Assembly (NCBI GenBank): GCA_963698395.1
Contig: CAVOQQ010000001.1
Coordinates: 900,754 to 964,753, forward strand
Direction of reading: 5' to 3'
Origin: an uncultured Acidimicrobiales bacterium
Lineage (GTDB): Bacteria > Actinomycetota > Acidimicrobiia > Acidimicrobiales > SZUA-35
DNA length: 64,000 nucleotides
Numbering within the stretch: the first letter of the stretch is position 1; the number at the start of each line of letters is the position of its first letter. The notes under the pieces are model-generated. The model worked only from the letters and a program-made list of their open reading frames with translations, was not told the origin of the DNA and made no database searches. The position numbers and the translations under genes are program-made. This document shows, in pieces, positions 45,947 to 55,661 of the stretch.

Positions 45947-48900
45947 GTTTCGCCGCACTGCCACGTCTGGTCGCCGAAGACCCGGCGATCAACCGCATCA
46001 TCGGCCGGGCATCCTCGGTGCTGGCCGTCCCCGATCCGGCCCGGGCCATCGCCCTCGCTGCCATCGCCGTCGGCTCCGATCGTCGTCCACTCGTCGTTGC
46101 GGTGCCGACCACCGCCGATGCCGACCGACTGGTCAACGACCTGCGAGTCTTCGTCGGGCCCGACGATGTCCTGGCGTTCCCCGCCTGGGAGACCCTTCCG
46201 TTCGAGCGGGTCAGTCCCTCGATCGAGGCGATGGGCCATCGGCTCCGCACCCTGTGGTACCTGCGCGACCCCGAGCGCAGCCCCCGCATCGTCGTCGCCC
46301 CCGTGCGCGCGCTCGTGCAACGGCTCTCACCCCACGTCGACGAGGTCGAGCCGGTCATCATCGCGCCGGGCATGCAGATCGATCCTCAGGAACTGGTCGA
46401 GCAGCTGGTCGGCAGCGGCTATCGGCGCGAGGCCCAGGTCGAGCACCGCGGCGAAGTCGCAATCCGAGGCTCGATCGTCGACGTCTTCCCGTCGACGGCC
46501 GATGGCCCGATCCGTGTCGATCTGTGGGGTGACGAAGTCGAGCGGCTCAGCCGGTTCACCGTGTCAGATCAACGCTCGACCGATGATCTCGAACGCACCG
46601 AGATCTTTCCCTGCCGTGAGCTGCTGCTGACCGAGGAGGTCAAGCGGCGGGCCGAGGAACTGGTGGCATCGGAGCCGTGGGGCCGCGAGCAGTGGGAGCG
46701 GCTGTCGCAGGGGTTGGTCTTCGATGGCATGGAATCCTGGCTTCCCTGGTTGACCGACGACGATCGTGTCCTGCCGGATCTCCTCGGCAGTGATGCCATG
46801 GTGGCGCTGGTCGAACCACGGCGCATGCGCGATCGCGGTGCCGACCTCCTGGCCGAAGAAGCCGACCTCGCCGACTCGCTCGCTCGCACCTGGGGCGCAG
46901 TCGACGAACAGGACCATCACGACTTCCCGCGGCTGCACCTCGGATTCGAGCGCATCCTGGCCAAGACCAAGGCGCCGGTGGTGACGCTCACGTCGATTCC
47001 CGAGAGCCCCGACGTCGCCGTGCTCGAGGCGTCGGGTTGGGACGCTCCGGGCGATGCGTTGGCCGGACGCCTCAACAAGGTCTTGAGCGACGGGGCCCGA
47101 CTGGTCATGACCGCCGACGGCGCCGGTTCGGCCGATCGCCTCGTCGATCTGCTCAATGGCTGGGGTCTCCACCCGGCCCGCCACGAATCGGTCGACAACC
47201 GGCCCCGGGCGGCGGCGTTCGCTCCCGGCGGCCACCTGGTGGTCGCGTCACTCGAGCGTGGTTTCTATCTGCCCTCGGTCGGCCTCGGCATCATCACCGA
47301 GCACGAACTCACCGGTCGTCGCCGAGCCCACCGAAAGGCACGGCCGAAGAAGCGGCAGAGCGACGGGTTCTTCGACGATCTGAGCCCGGGTGACTACGTC
47401 GTGCACCACCAGCACGGGGTGGGACGCTTCGGCGGGATGGTCAAGCGGGCCATCGGCGGGCACGAGCGCGACTATCTGCTGCTCAACTATCGGGGCGACG
47501 ACAAGCTCTACGTGCCGAGTGATCAGATCGATCTCATCCGTCACTACACCGGTGGCGACTCACCCTCACTGCACAAGCTCGGCGGCAGCGATTTCGCGAA
47601 GTCGAAAGCCAGGGTGCGCTCCGAGGTCGCCGAGATCGCCCAGGAACTCGTCGTGCTCTATCAACGCCGCATGGCAGCCGAGGGCATCGTCAGTCAGCCC
47701 GACACGCCGTGGCAGGCCGAACTGGCCGAGTCCTTTCCCTACGAGCTCACCCCCGATCAGGCAACGGCCATCGACGACGTCAAGGGTGACATGGAGCGCC
47801 CGGTCCCCATGGATCGTCTGGTCGTCGGCGATGTCGGCTTCGGCAAGACCGAGGTCGCCGTGCATGCTGCCTTCAAGGCCGTGCAATCGGGGCATCAGGT
47901 CGCCGTGCTCGTGCCGACCACGCTGCTCGCTCAGCAGCACTTCCAGACCTTCTCCGAACGCTACGCGCCCTATCCGATCCGGGTCGAGGTCCTCAGCCGT
48001 TTCCTCACCACCAAGCAGGCGAAAGCGGTGTTGACGGCGACCGCAGCGGGCGAGGTCGATGTGTTGATCGGGACGCACCGCATGTTGTCCAAAGACCTGG
48101 TGATGCCGAAGCTCGGGTTGTTGATCGTCGATGAGGAGCAGCGGTTCGGCGTCAACCACAAGGAGTCGATCAAGCAGCTGAAGACCGATGTCGACGTGCT
48201 GACGCTCACGGCCACGCCGATCCCTCGCACCCTCGAGATGAGCCTCACCGGCATTCGCGATCTGTCGCTGCTCAACACGCCACCGGCCGATCGGCAGCCG
48301 ATCCTCACCTATGTCGGTGAAGAAGACGAACGGGCCGTCACCGAGGCCATCCGGCGGGAATTGCTTCGAGACGGACAGGTCTTCTACGTCCACAACCGGG
48401 TCCAGAGCATCGAGAAGGTCGCCAACGAGATCCGAGGCCTCGTCCCGGAGGCGCGGGTGGCCGTCGCCCATGGTCAGATGGACGAGGGGACGCTCGAGAA
48501 AGTCGTCTACGACTTCTGGGAGAACCAGTACGACGTCCTGGTGTGCACGACCATCATCGAGAGCGGCATCGACATGCCAACGGTCAACACGCTCGTGGTC
48601 GATCGAGCCGAGTTGCTGGGGCTGGGTCAGCTGCACCAGCTGCGTGGTCGGGTCGGACGTTCCGGGCAGCGGGCGTACGCCTACCTCTTCACCCGTCGTG
48701 ATGCATCACTCTCCGAGGAGGCCTACGAGCGGCTGAAGACCATCGGTGAGGCCACCGAGTTGGGATCGGGGTTCAAGATCGCGATGCGTGACCTCGAGAT
48801 CCGCGGTGCCGGCAACCTGCTCGGCAGCGGGCAGTCGGGTCACATCGCCGCCGTTGGCTACGATCTGTACTGCCAGCTCGTCACCGAGGCCGTTGCCGAA

Positions 48901-49398
48901 CTCAACGGCACCCCGGTGCAGGGGCCTGTCGAGATCAAGCTCGACCTGCCGCTGGATGCCCATCTGCCCGAAGACTATGTGTCCAACGAAGCGCAGCGGC
49001 TCGAGGCCTACCGCAAGTTGGCTGCAGTGGGAACCGAGACCGAAGTCGATGACATTCGGGCGGAGTGGGAGGATCGATACGGTCCCATTCCGCTTCCGGC
49101 CGATCGACTGCTCGATGTCGCGAACCTACGGGCCGCCTGCCTGCGGGTCGGGGCGCGCGATGTGGTCGTGGTCAAGGGGCCGGGCTTCGGCGCCCCGGAG
49201 TGGATTGCCAAGCTCGGGCCCGTGCAGCTGAAGGCGTCGCAGGAGGTGCGGTTCAAGCGGTTGTTCCCGAAGGGCACGTGGAAACCCAACGAGTACGGCG
49301 CCGAAGGTGGCCAGCTCCAGGTCGGTCTGATGCGCAAGAACGACACCGCCACCGATCTCGTGACGTTTCTCGAAACGATGTTTCCCACCGAGTCGTGA
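45943..49398 (+). CDS. mfd: Transcription-repair coupling factor
   Basis: 1151 aa. GDVGFGKTEVA, DEEQRFG, TATPIPRT and RGRVGRS motifs. GTGA overlap with the upstream gene. Confidence 0.95.
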   Translation: MSFAALPRLVAEDPAINRIIGRASSVLAVPDPARAIALAAIAVGSDRRPLVVAVPTTADADRLVNDLRVFVGPDDVLAFPAWETLPFERVSPSIEAMGHRLRTLWYLRDPERSPRIVVAPVRALVQRLSPHVDEVEPVIIAPGMQIDPQELVEQLVGSGYRREAQVEHRGEVAIRGSIVDVFPSTADGPIRVDLWGDEVERLSRFTVSDQRSTDDLERTEIFPCRELLLTEEVKRRAEELVASEPWGREQWERLSQGLVFDGMESWLPWLTDDDRVLPDLLGSDAMVALVEPRRMRDRGADLLAEEADLADSLARTWGAVDEQDHHDFPRLHLGFERILAKTKAPVVTLTSIPESPDVAVLEASGWDAPGDALAGRLNKVLSDGARLVMTADGAGSADRLVDLLNGWGLHPARHESVDNRPRAAAFAPGGHLVVASLERGFYLPSVGLGIITEHELTGRRRAHRKARPKKRQSDGFFDDLSPGDYVVHHQHGVGRFGGMVKRAIGGHERDYLLLNYRGDDKLYVPSDQIDLIRHYTGGDSPSLHKLGGSDFAKSKARVRSEVAEIAQELVVLYQRRMAAEGIVSQPDTPWQAELAESFPYELTPDQATAIDDVKGDMERPVPMDRLVVGDVGFGKTEVAVHAAFKAVQSGHQVAVLVPTTLLAQQHFQTFSERYAPYPIRVEVLSRFLTTKQAKAVLTATAAGEVDVLIGTHRMLSKDLVMPKLGLLIVDEEQRFGVNHKESIKQLKTDVDVLTLTATPIPRTLEMSLTGIRDLSLLNTPPADRQPILTYVGEEDERAVTEAIRRELLRDGQVFYVHNRVQSIEKVANEIRGLVPEARVAVAHGQMDEGTLEKVVYDFWENQYDVLVCTTIIESGIDMPTVNTLVVDRAELLGLGQLHQLRGRVGRSGQRAYAYLFTRRDASLSEEAYERLKTIGEATELGSGFKIAMRDLEIRGAGNLLGSGQSGHIAAVGYDLYCQLVTEAVAELNGTPVQGPVEIKLDLPLDAHLPEDYVSNEAQRLEAYRKLAAVGTETEVDDIRAEWEDRYGPIPLPADRLLDVANLRAACLRVGARDVVVVKGPGFGAPEWIAKLGPVQLKASQEVRFKRLFPKGTWKPNEYGAEGGQLQVGLMRKNDTATDLVTFLETMFPTES

Positions 49399-49491
49399 CT
49401 CGCAACGGCACCGAGTCGTGACTCGCAACGGCACCGAGTCGTGACTCGCAACGGCACCGAGTCGTGACTCGCAACGGCACCAAGTCTGTGG
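49386..49491. repeat. 23-bp tandem repeat x4.5 (caccgagtcgtgactcgcaacgg); unit 1 contains the last mfd codons and the stop codon
   Basis: Units at 49386-49408, 49409-49431, 49432-49454 and 49455-49477, plus a partial unit. TGA at 49396-49398 lies inside unit 1. Confidence 0.9.
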
Positions 49492-49532
49492 TTGCATTTG
49501 AAGCTTGCTTTCAGAACACGTAGCGTGCCAGC

Positions 49533-50738
49533 GTGACTGACACGGTTGATCTGGCAACGTTCCGCTCGCGAGTCCGCGAGTTCTTCGACTCCACGCTTCC
49601 CACGGTGCTGGATGGCGTCACCGGCGAGGTGGCGCGAGCCAAGGCCTACCGGGCGGCGCTCTATGACGCCGGCCTGGCCGGGCTCGGCTATCCGAAGGCG
49701 TTCGGCGGTCAGGGTCTGGGAGCCGAGTACCAGGCGGTGTTCGCCGAGGAGAGCGAGGGCCGGGTGCCGTCCGAGAACTCCGTTTTCGGCATCGGGGTCG
49801 GAATGGCGCTTCCGGTCGTTCGCGATCACTCGTCCGACTCGGTGAAGGAGCGATTCCTCGCCAAGGGTCTGCGAGGCGACGAGATCTGGTGTCAGCTCTA
49901 TTCCGAGCCCGGTGCCGGATCCGACCTGGCATCGCTGTCGACCAAGGCGATACGCGATGGCGACGAGTGGGTCGTGACCGGCCAGAAGGTGTGGACGTCA
50001 GGGGCTCAGAACGCCGACATCGCGATCATCCTGGTCCGTACCGATCCGACGGCTCCCAAGCATCGTGGCATCTCGATGCTGGTCATGCCGATGCGTCAGG
50101 CCGGCGTCACCGTGCGTCCGCTTCGACAGATGACCGGTCATGCGGAGTTCAACGAGGTCTTCTTCGACGAGGCTCGGGTGCCGGCCGACTGGGTGGTCGG
50201 TGACATCAACGATGGCTGGCGCATGGCCGTGGCGCTGTTGGCCCATGAGCGAGTACAGACCGGTGTTGCCTCGATGAGCAATGCCGGGATGGAGCGACTG
50301 TGGTCTCGGGTGCCGATTCCGGTGGTCCAACTGATCGAGCTCGCCCGTCGGCGCGGCCGCCTCGATGAGCCGCTGGTTCGTCAGGAGCTCGCCCAGCTCT
50401 GGATCAACGAACAGATCGTGGGGTACCTCCGCGAACGCAGCGTCGATCCGGCCATGGCGGTCAGCCCGTCGATCGGCAAGCTGTGGCGAACCATCCAGGG
50501 GCGAGCCGGCAGTGAGTTCGCCGCCCGAATCGAGTTCCCGGCGTCGCCGGCCTGGGAGGAAGGCGACGAAGACGCCGAGTTCTTCGCCTTTCAGTTCCTC
50601 AACTGTCGAGGGATGAGCCTGGGTGGTGGTACCGACGAGATCCAGAAGAACACCCTCGGCGAGCGGGTGCTCGGTCTGCCACGGGAGCCCCAGGTCGACA
50701 AGAACCTTCCCTTCAGTCAGATGTTGAAGGGGGTCTGA
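49533..50738 (+). CDS. Acyl-CoA dehydrogenase family protein
   Basis: WCQLYSEPGAGSDLASL, WVVTGQKVWTSGA and a C-terminal GGTDEIQKN-type segment. Confidence 0.88.
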   Translation: MTDTVDLATFRSRVREFFDSTLPTVLDGVTGEVARAKAYRAALYDAGLAGLGYPKAFGGQGLGAEYQAVFAEESEGRVPSENSVFGIGVGMALPVVRDHSSDSVKERFLAKGLRGDEIWCQLYSEPGAGSDLASLSTKAIRDGDEWVVTGQKVWTSGAQNADIAIILVRTDPTAPKHRGISMLVMPMRQAGVTVRPLRQMTGHAEFNEVFFDEARVPADWVVGDINDGWRMAVALLAHERVQTGVASMSNAGMERLWSRVPIPVVQLIELARRRGRLDEPLVRQELAQLWINEQIVGYLRERSVDPAMAVSPSIGKLWRTIQGRAGSEFAARIEFPASPAWEEGDEDAEFFAFQFLNCRGMSLGGGTDEIQKNTLGERVLGLPREPQVDKNLPFSQMLKGV

Positions 50739-50739
50739 G

Positions 50740-52260
50740 ATGCGCCAGCCGATCGAGGTGTTGCCGATCACCGCCGAGACGCCCGACGCCGAGGCCGTCT
50801 GGACCGAGGAGCGGTCGCTGTCGTGGGCCGAACTCGAGCGGCGGTCGCGGCAATTCGCCCAGGGACTTCGGGCCGAGGGGATCGCCGAGGGCGGTAGCTG
50901 GGGTCTGCTGGCTCGCAACCGATTCGAATGGGCCGAGCTCTCGATCGGCAACGGACGAGCGGGGACCCGGTACGTCCCACTGAACTGGCATCTCACTGCC
51001 CATGAGCTCACCGAGCTGCTCGAGGACTCTCGATCGACGCTGTTGATCGTTGCCCCCGATCTTGCCGACATCGGCCGTCGAGCAGCCGCCGCTGCCGGGA
51101 TCGATCGGGTCATCGTGCTCGGCGACGAGTACGAGTCGTGGTTGGCCATCCAGTCGGGCGAGCCGCTCGAGGATGGTGGGCTAGGCGCACCGCTGCAATA
51201 CACCGGCGGAACCACCGGTCGCTCCAAGGGCGTGCTGCGTTCTGATCAAGCGGGCAACGCCGCAGCATTGGCCGAGACCTACGCACGCTGGGGCACGCTC
51301 ACGGGCATGCCCAGCAAGCAGCAGATGATGCTCTGCACACCGGCGTATCACGCACTCGGTGGTGCGGTGCTGCGGACGGCGCTCGCCCGCGGCTGCCCGT
51401 TGGTGATCCTCGATCGATGGGATCCAGAGGAGACCCTTGCCGTGATCGATCAGCGCAAGGTGGTCGGCACCGCCATGGTCCCCACCCAGTTCATCCGACT
51501 CCTCAAGCTCGACCCCGAGACGCGAGCCAAGCACGACGTGTCGTCGCTGCGATGGGTGCTCCACACCGCCGCCCCCTGCCCCGATTGGGTCAAACGCGAG
51601 ATGATCGACTGGTTCGGCCCCGTCATCGTGGAGCTCTACGGGTCGAGTGAGGGCGTGGGTCCGGTGATTGCCACCTCCCACGAGTGGCTCGAGCGGCCGG
51701 GAACGGTCGGTCGAGCGATGGCCGTGCTCGAGCTGTCGATTCTCGACGACGAAGGCAACGACCTGCCCCCGGGCGAGATCGGCACGATCTACGCCCGTCG
51801 CACCGATGGACCGCCGGAGTACTTCGGTGACGAGACCAAGACCGCCGCCATGGTCAGAGATGACGGCCGCTTCACCGTCGGCGACGTCGGCTACCTCGAC
51901 GAGGACGGCTTTCTGTTCCTCGCCGATCGTCGCGTCGACCTGATCCTCGTTGCCGGATCGAACATCTACCCGGCCGAGGTCGAAGCGGTGTTGAGCCAGT
52001 ATCCGAGCGTTGCCGATGTCGCGGTGTTCGGGATCCCTCACCCCGACATGGGGCAGGAGGTCAAGGCGGTCGTCGAGCCCGTCGTCGGTGAATATCTCGA
52101 TGTCGACGATCTGCTCGCCTTCGCTGCGAGTCGTCTCGCATCGTTCAAGCTCCCGAAGTCGATCGACATCGTCGATGCGCTGCCGAGAGAAGCAAGCGGC
52201 AAGCTCAAGAAACACAAGCTGCGGGCGCCCTACTGGGAGTCCGGGGAGGCGACCACATGA
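50740..52260 (+). CDS. AMP-dependent synthetase/ligase (acyl-CoA synthetase)
   Basis: YTGGTTGRSKGV, YGSSEG, GDVGYLDEDGFLFLADR and ASGKLKK. Confidence 0.88.
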   Translation: MRQPIEVLPITAETPDAEAVWTEERSLSWAELERRSRQFAQGLRAEGIAEGGSWGLLARNRFEWAELSIGNGRAGTRYVPLNWHLTAHELTELLEDSRSTLLIVAPDLADIGRRAAAAAGIDRVIVLGDEYESWLAIQSGEPLEDGGLGAPLQYTGGTTGRSKGVLRSDQAGNAAALAETYARWGTLTGMPSKQQMMLCTPAYHALGGAVLRTALARGCPLVILDRWDPEETLAVIDQRKVVGTAMVPTQFIRLLKLDPETRAKHDVSSLRWVLHTAAPCPDWVKREMIDWFGPVIVELYGSSEGVGPVIATSHEWLERPGTVGRAMAVLELSILDDEGNDLPPGEIGTIYARRTDGPPEYFGDETKTAAMVRDDGRFTVGDVGYLDEDGFLFLADRRVDLILVAGSNIYPAEVEAVLSQYPSVADVAVFGIPHPDMGQEVKAVVEPVVGEYLDVDDLLAFAASRLASFKLPKSIDIVDALPREASGKLKKHKLRAPYWESGEATT

Positions 52261-53099
52261 CCGACGATCTGCTCACCGAGCGGCGTGAGGCCACCGAGAT
52301 CATCACGTTGCATCGTCCCGAAGGGCTCAACTCGCTGTCGCCGGCGATGATCGACGAGCTGCCGACGATCATCGCTCGCGCCGCAGCCGATCGAACCTGT
52401 CGAGCCATCGTGATCGTCGGGGCGGGCGAGCGAGCATTCTGTGCCGGTATCGATGTGAAGTCCGTCGCCGCTCGTGACGCGAGAGACGACGGCGAGGACC
52501 GGCTCGATCCGGTCGTTGCTTCGCTGGAGAACCTCGACGCCGGACTCGGCAACATCGTCCGGATGATCCATCGGGTGCCGGTTCCGGTGATCGCCGCAGT
52601 CAACGGCCATGCCATCGGTGCCGGCTTCGCCATCGCAGCCGCGTGCGACCTGCGACTGGCCAGCACCACCGCCACCTTCGCCGACGGGTTCGTCAAGCGT
52701 GGCATCTCCGGCTGTGAGATGGGTTTGTCGTACTTCCTGCCGAAGTTGGTGGGACCGGCCCTGGCCTTCGAGCTCATGCTGAGCGGAAGGCGCATGCTGC
52801 CTGACGAGGCTGCGCGCTGTGGCCTGGTCAGCGAGGTGACCGAGCCGACCGAACTGGTCGATCGCGCCTGCGCGCTCGGTGCAGCGTTGGCCGAGAACGC
52901 CCCCATGGCGATCTCGACCACCAAGGAACTCATGTGGACCAACCTGCATGCACCGAGTCTCGACGCCGCCATGGCGCTCGAGGCCCGCAATCAGGTGCTC
53001 ATCCGAAGCACCGCTGATGCCGCCGAAGCCCGTTTGGCCTTCCTCGAGAAGCGTCGACCTCGGTTCGCGGCGCCTGATGGCGAACGACCGCTGATCTAG
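52257..53099 (+). CDS. Enoyl-CoA hydratase/isomerase family protein
   Basis: ATGA overlap with the upstream gene. GAGERAFCAGIDV and AAVNGHAIGAGF. Confidence 0.85.
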   Translation: MTDDLLTERREATEIITLHRPEGLNSLSPAMIDELPTIIARAAADRTCRAIVIVGAGERAFCAGIDVKSVAARDARDDGEDRLDPVVASLENLDAGLGNIVRMIHRVPVPVIAAVNGHAIGAGFAIAAACDLRLASTTATFADGFVKRGISGCEMGLSYFLPKLVGPALAFELMLSGRRMLPDEAARCGLVSEVTEPTELVDRACALGAALAENAPMAISTTKELMWTNLHAPSLDAAMALEARNQVLIRSTADAAEARLAFLEKRRPRFAAPDGERPLI

Positions 53100-53144
53100 T
53101 CGGCAGCGCTCGACGGCACCAGCTCGATCGCTGGGCTCGTGTCG

Positions 53145-54302
53145 TCAGGCTGGTGTGCCGACGACGAGGAACGCCGGCGCAACGACGTCGATCGGCAGAT
53201 CGATCAGGTCGGGGTCGAGCTGTTCGCGTAACGCCGTCACGAGTCGGTCGGCGCCCGCACTCTGCGGGCGTCCGACGCCTCCGCCGGTACAGATGAGACG
53301 ATCCGGGTGGATCATCTGCAGGATCGGGGCGATCCCGCGGGCGAGCCATTCGATCGAGCGCCGGGCTGCCTCGATCGCGTCGGCGTCACCCTCGCCGATG
53401 AGATCGATCACCTCGGCGGCGGTGCTGACGACGTGACCACTGATGTCTCGGTAGTGCGACACGGTTGCGGGACCGCCGGACATCGTGCCGAGACAGCCAT
53501 CGCGACCACACTCACAACGCTGATCGTTGCCCCGCAAGGGGAGATGGGTGATCAATCCGCCGTTGCCGAGTCGGTTCGTGATGAGCTGCCCTCCCTGGGC
53601 GAGGAGGACGCGAGAGTCGACGCCGACGTGCAAGATGGACACCAACTCGCCGGGGTGGTGTTCCACCGAGTTCAGCGCGTGTCGGGCTTGAGCGGCCTCG
53701 ATGGTCGTGGCCGTGACGGTGGTCGCCCCCAGCGCCGCCGTGAGTGCACCGGCGACATCGACGTCGGATTCCGGCCAGATCGGTGTCGTGGCGACGACAC
53801 GACGGTCTTCCGCGATCACTCCCTGGATGGCGAAGTCGACTCGTTCGAGGCGTTCGATCTGGAGCTGGCAGTCCTCGATCGTCTTCACGATCTCGCCGGC
53901 GATCGGCGCGATGAGTGCTGCTGCTTCGTCGACGCGCCGGTATCGAACTCGAACAGTGGCCAGCCGCGTCTGCAACGCGTCGTCGATCAGCACGAAGTAG
54001 TCGGCGAGTCGGACGAAGACGGTGACCGTGAAGGTTCCTCGCCGGTCGATCGCGTACTCGGTCGGCGGCCGACCGGGAGCAGCGGTCTCACGCATCTGCT
54101 CGACGACCAGGCCGCCTTCGACGAGGTCCGCCAGGATCGAGCCGAGCGCCTGAGAGCTCAGCGAGGTCCTCGCGGCCAACTCGGATCTGGAGGCAGCGAG
54201 ACCATCGGCCAGGCAATCCATCACCAGAGCGGCGTTGGCGATGCGAAGCGAGGCGGGTCGCTTGGCCGTGTTGTCGTTCCTGGGACTGAGCATCGTGGGC
54301 AA
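53145..54302 (-). CDS. ROK-family transcriptional regulator
   Basis: N-terminal wHTH (SRSELAARTSLSSQALGSILADLVEGGLV) and ROK zinc motif CECGRDGCLGT. Confidence 0.85.
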   Translation of the reverse strand: MPTMLSPRNDNTAKRPASLRIANAALVMDCLADGLAASRSELAARTSLSSQALGSILADLVEGGLVVEQMRETAAPGRPPTEYAIDRRGTFTVTVFVRLADYFVLIDDALQTRLATVRVRYRRVDEAAALIAPIAGEIVKTIEDCQLQIERLERVDFAIQGVIAEDRRVVATTPIWPESDVDVAGALTAALGATTVTATTIEAAQARHALNSVEHHPGELVSILHVGVDSRVLLAQGGQLITNRLGNGGLITHLPLRGNDQRCECGRDGCLGTMSGGPATVSHYRDISGHVVSTAAEVIDLIGEGDADAIEAARRSIEWLARGIAPILQMIHPDRLICTGGGVGRPQSAGADRLVTALREQLDPDLIDLPIDVVAPAFLVVGTPA

Positions 54303-54342
54303 GCGTATGTTGGCTGCGAACCGGGGTCGAGTGGCCCAGCGT

Positions 54343-55128
54343 TCAGTCGACCAGGATGCGTAGCGGTCGTCGCTTTTCCTGGGTCGTTCCGCCGTCGATC
54401 GAGTAGGTCACCACCACCTCGAGCAGGTACTCGCCGGGTTCGATCGTGGTCGGGTCGAGCCAGAACCGGGCGACGTCGCGTTCGTCTTCGAGGAGTTCGG
54501 CGTCGTGGTGCAGGCTCGTGAACGACCGTTGCGGGTAGTAGACGGGCAGTTCGCCCTCGATCGAGACCACGAAGTCCCCGATGCCGGGGCGTAGTCCGAG
54601 AAAGCTCAACGAGACCCAGTTGCGGGCGCCGTCGCCGCCGGCAGGAACGCGGGCGCCGTCGGTCAGGAGCAGGAATGCATCACTGCCCGCCTGCTCCATT
54701 TCGACGTGCAGGGTGATCGTGCCGCTCTGCGACTCGCCGTGTACGGTCCAGTCGACGAGCAGATCGAGTTCGAACTCCTCGTCCACCGTGTTGCCGGGGT
54801 CGAGGAAGAACGAGACGGTGTCGATCTCGTTGGCCGCGAGATCGTCGCCGCCCGCAAGCTCGGCATGGCCGAGGGACGGGTCTTCGTAGGCCACCGCCAC
54901 GTCATTGCCCTTGGCGCTGACCGTGATCGCGACGTCTTCGATGTCGACCTGGGACGTCCAGCTGAGTGTGACCCAGCGTTCCTGACCCGCCACCCACGAC
55001 AGGTTGTTGTTGGAAAGCAGAATCGGCTGGGACACTCGTTCCCCGAGAGTCGTTGCGCCCGACGGACCGGCGGCGACGCTCGCTGCAGCCGAGGCGGCCG
55101 CGACGAGTGCCCAACGAAGCTTGGCCAT
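54343..55128 (-). CDS. Hypothetical secreted protein
   Basis: Signal peptide MAKLRWALVAAASAAASVAAGPSGA. Beta-rich and acidic. No family recognised. Confidence 0.6.
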   Translation of the reverse strand: MAKLRWALVAAASAAASVAAGPSGATTLGERVSQPILLSNNNLSWVAGQERWVTLSWTSQVDIEDVAITVSAKGNDVAVAYEDPSLGHAELAGGDDLAANEIDTVSFFLDPGNTVDEEFELDLLVDWTVHGESQSGTITLHVEMEQAGSDAFLLLTDGARVPAGGDGARNWVSLSFLGLRPGIGDFVVSIEGELPVYYPQRSFTSLHHDAELLEDERDVARFWLDPTTIEPGEYLLEVVVTYSIDGGTTQEKRRPLRILVD

Positions 55129-55142
55129 GGGGAATCACCGAC

Positions 55143-55586
55143 TCACGGTCGGCAGGTCTCCTGGTAGCTGTACAGAATGGAGTCGCGCAGGTCCTGGTCG
55201 GCATTGACCCGTGCGCGGAAGGCGAGATAGTCCTCGACGGAGAGACCCGAATCGACCAACTTCTCCTGCAGCGCTTCTTCGCGACCGGACTGGGTCTGGA
55301 AGGTGCGGCGTTGGAGCTCACAGATCCACGTTGCCTCGAAGCGAACCATCTCGCTGTCGGCATCGCTGAGCAGCACATCCGGTGCGGCGGCGATCAGCGT
55401 GGTCGAACTCGTCGCCGTGGCGAACTCGTCGTCGACGAAGGCGAGATTGGTGACACCCGAGGTGCCGTCGTCGGCAAGACCGTCGCTGCCACCGCACGAC
55501 GCAAACAGGAGAGCCGACGCAGCGAGCAGCAGCGGGAGGCGACGGGCAGCGGACCGGTGAGCGAGGTTGTTGCATTTGGCCTTCAC
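55143..55586 (-). CDS. Hypothetical lipoprotein (148 aa)
   Basis: GTG 55586. Lipobox LLFASCGG. The upstream part of track ORF 55143..55949 is antisense to the DUF169 gene and is discounted. Confidence 0.55.
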   Translation of the reverse strand: MKAKCNNLAHRSAARRLPLLLAASALLFASCGGSDGLADDGTSGVTNLAFVDDEFATATSSTTLIAAAPDVLLSDADSEMVRFEATWICELQRRTFQTQSGREEALQEKLVDSGLSVEDYLAFRARVNADQDLRDSILYSYQETCRP

Positions 55587-55661
55587 AAGTGATGTATCGG
55601 GCGAATCTGAGCCCAGTTGAGAAATAGTTCTCGCTCGGCAACCGCCACTAACGTTCTCGAC

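Noticed and set aside
49492-49532. Sigma-70-type promoter (TTGCAT ... TAGCGT) upstream of the acyl-CoA dehydrogenase gene
   Set aside because: The spacer between the two hexamers is 23 nt, too long for a canonical promoter. There is no better -10 at the proper distance.
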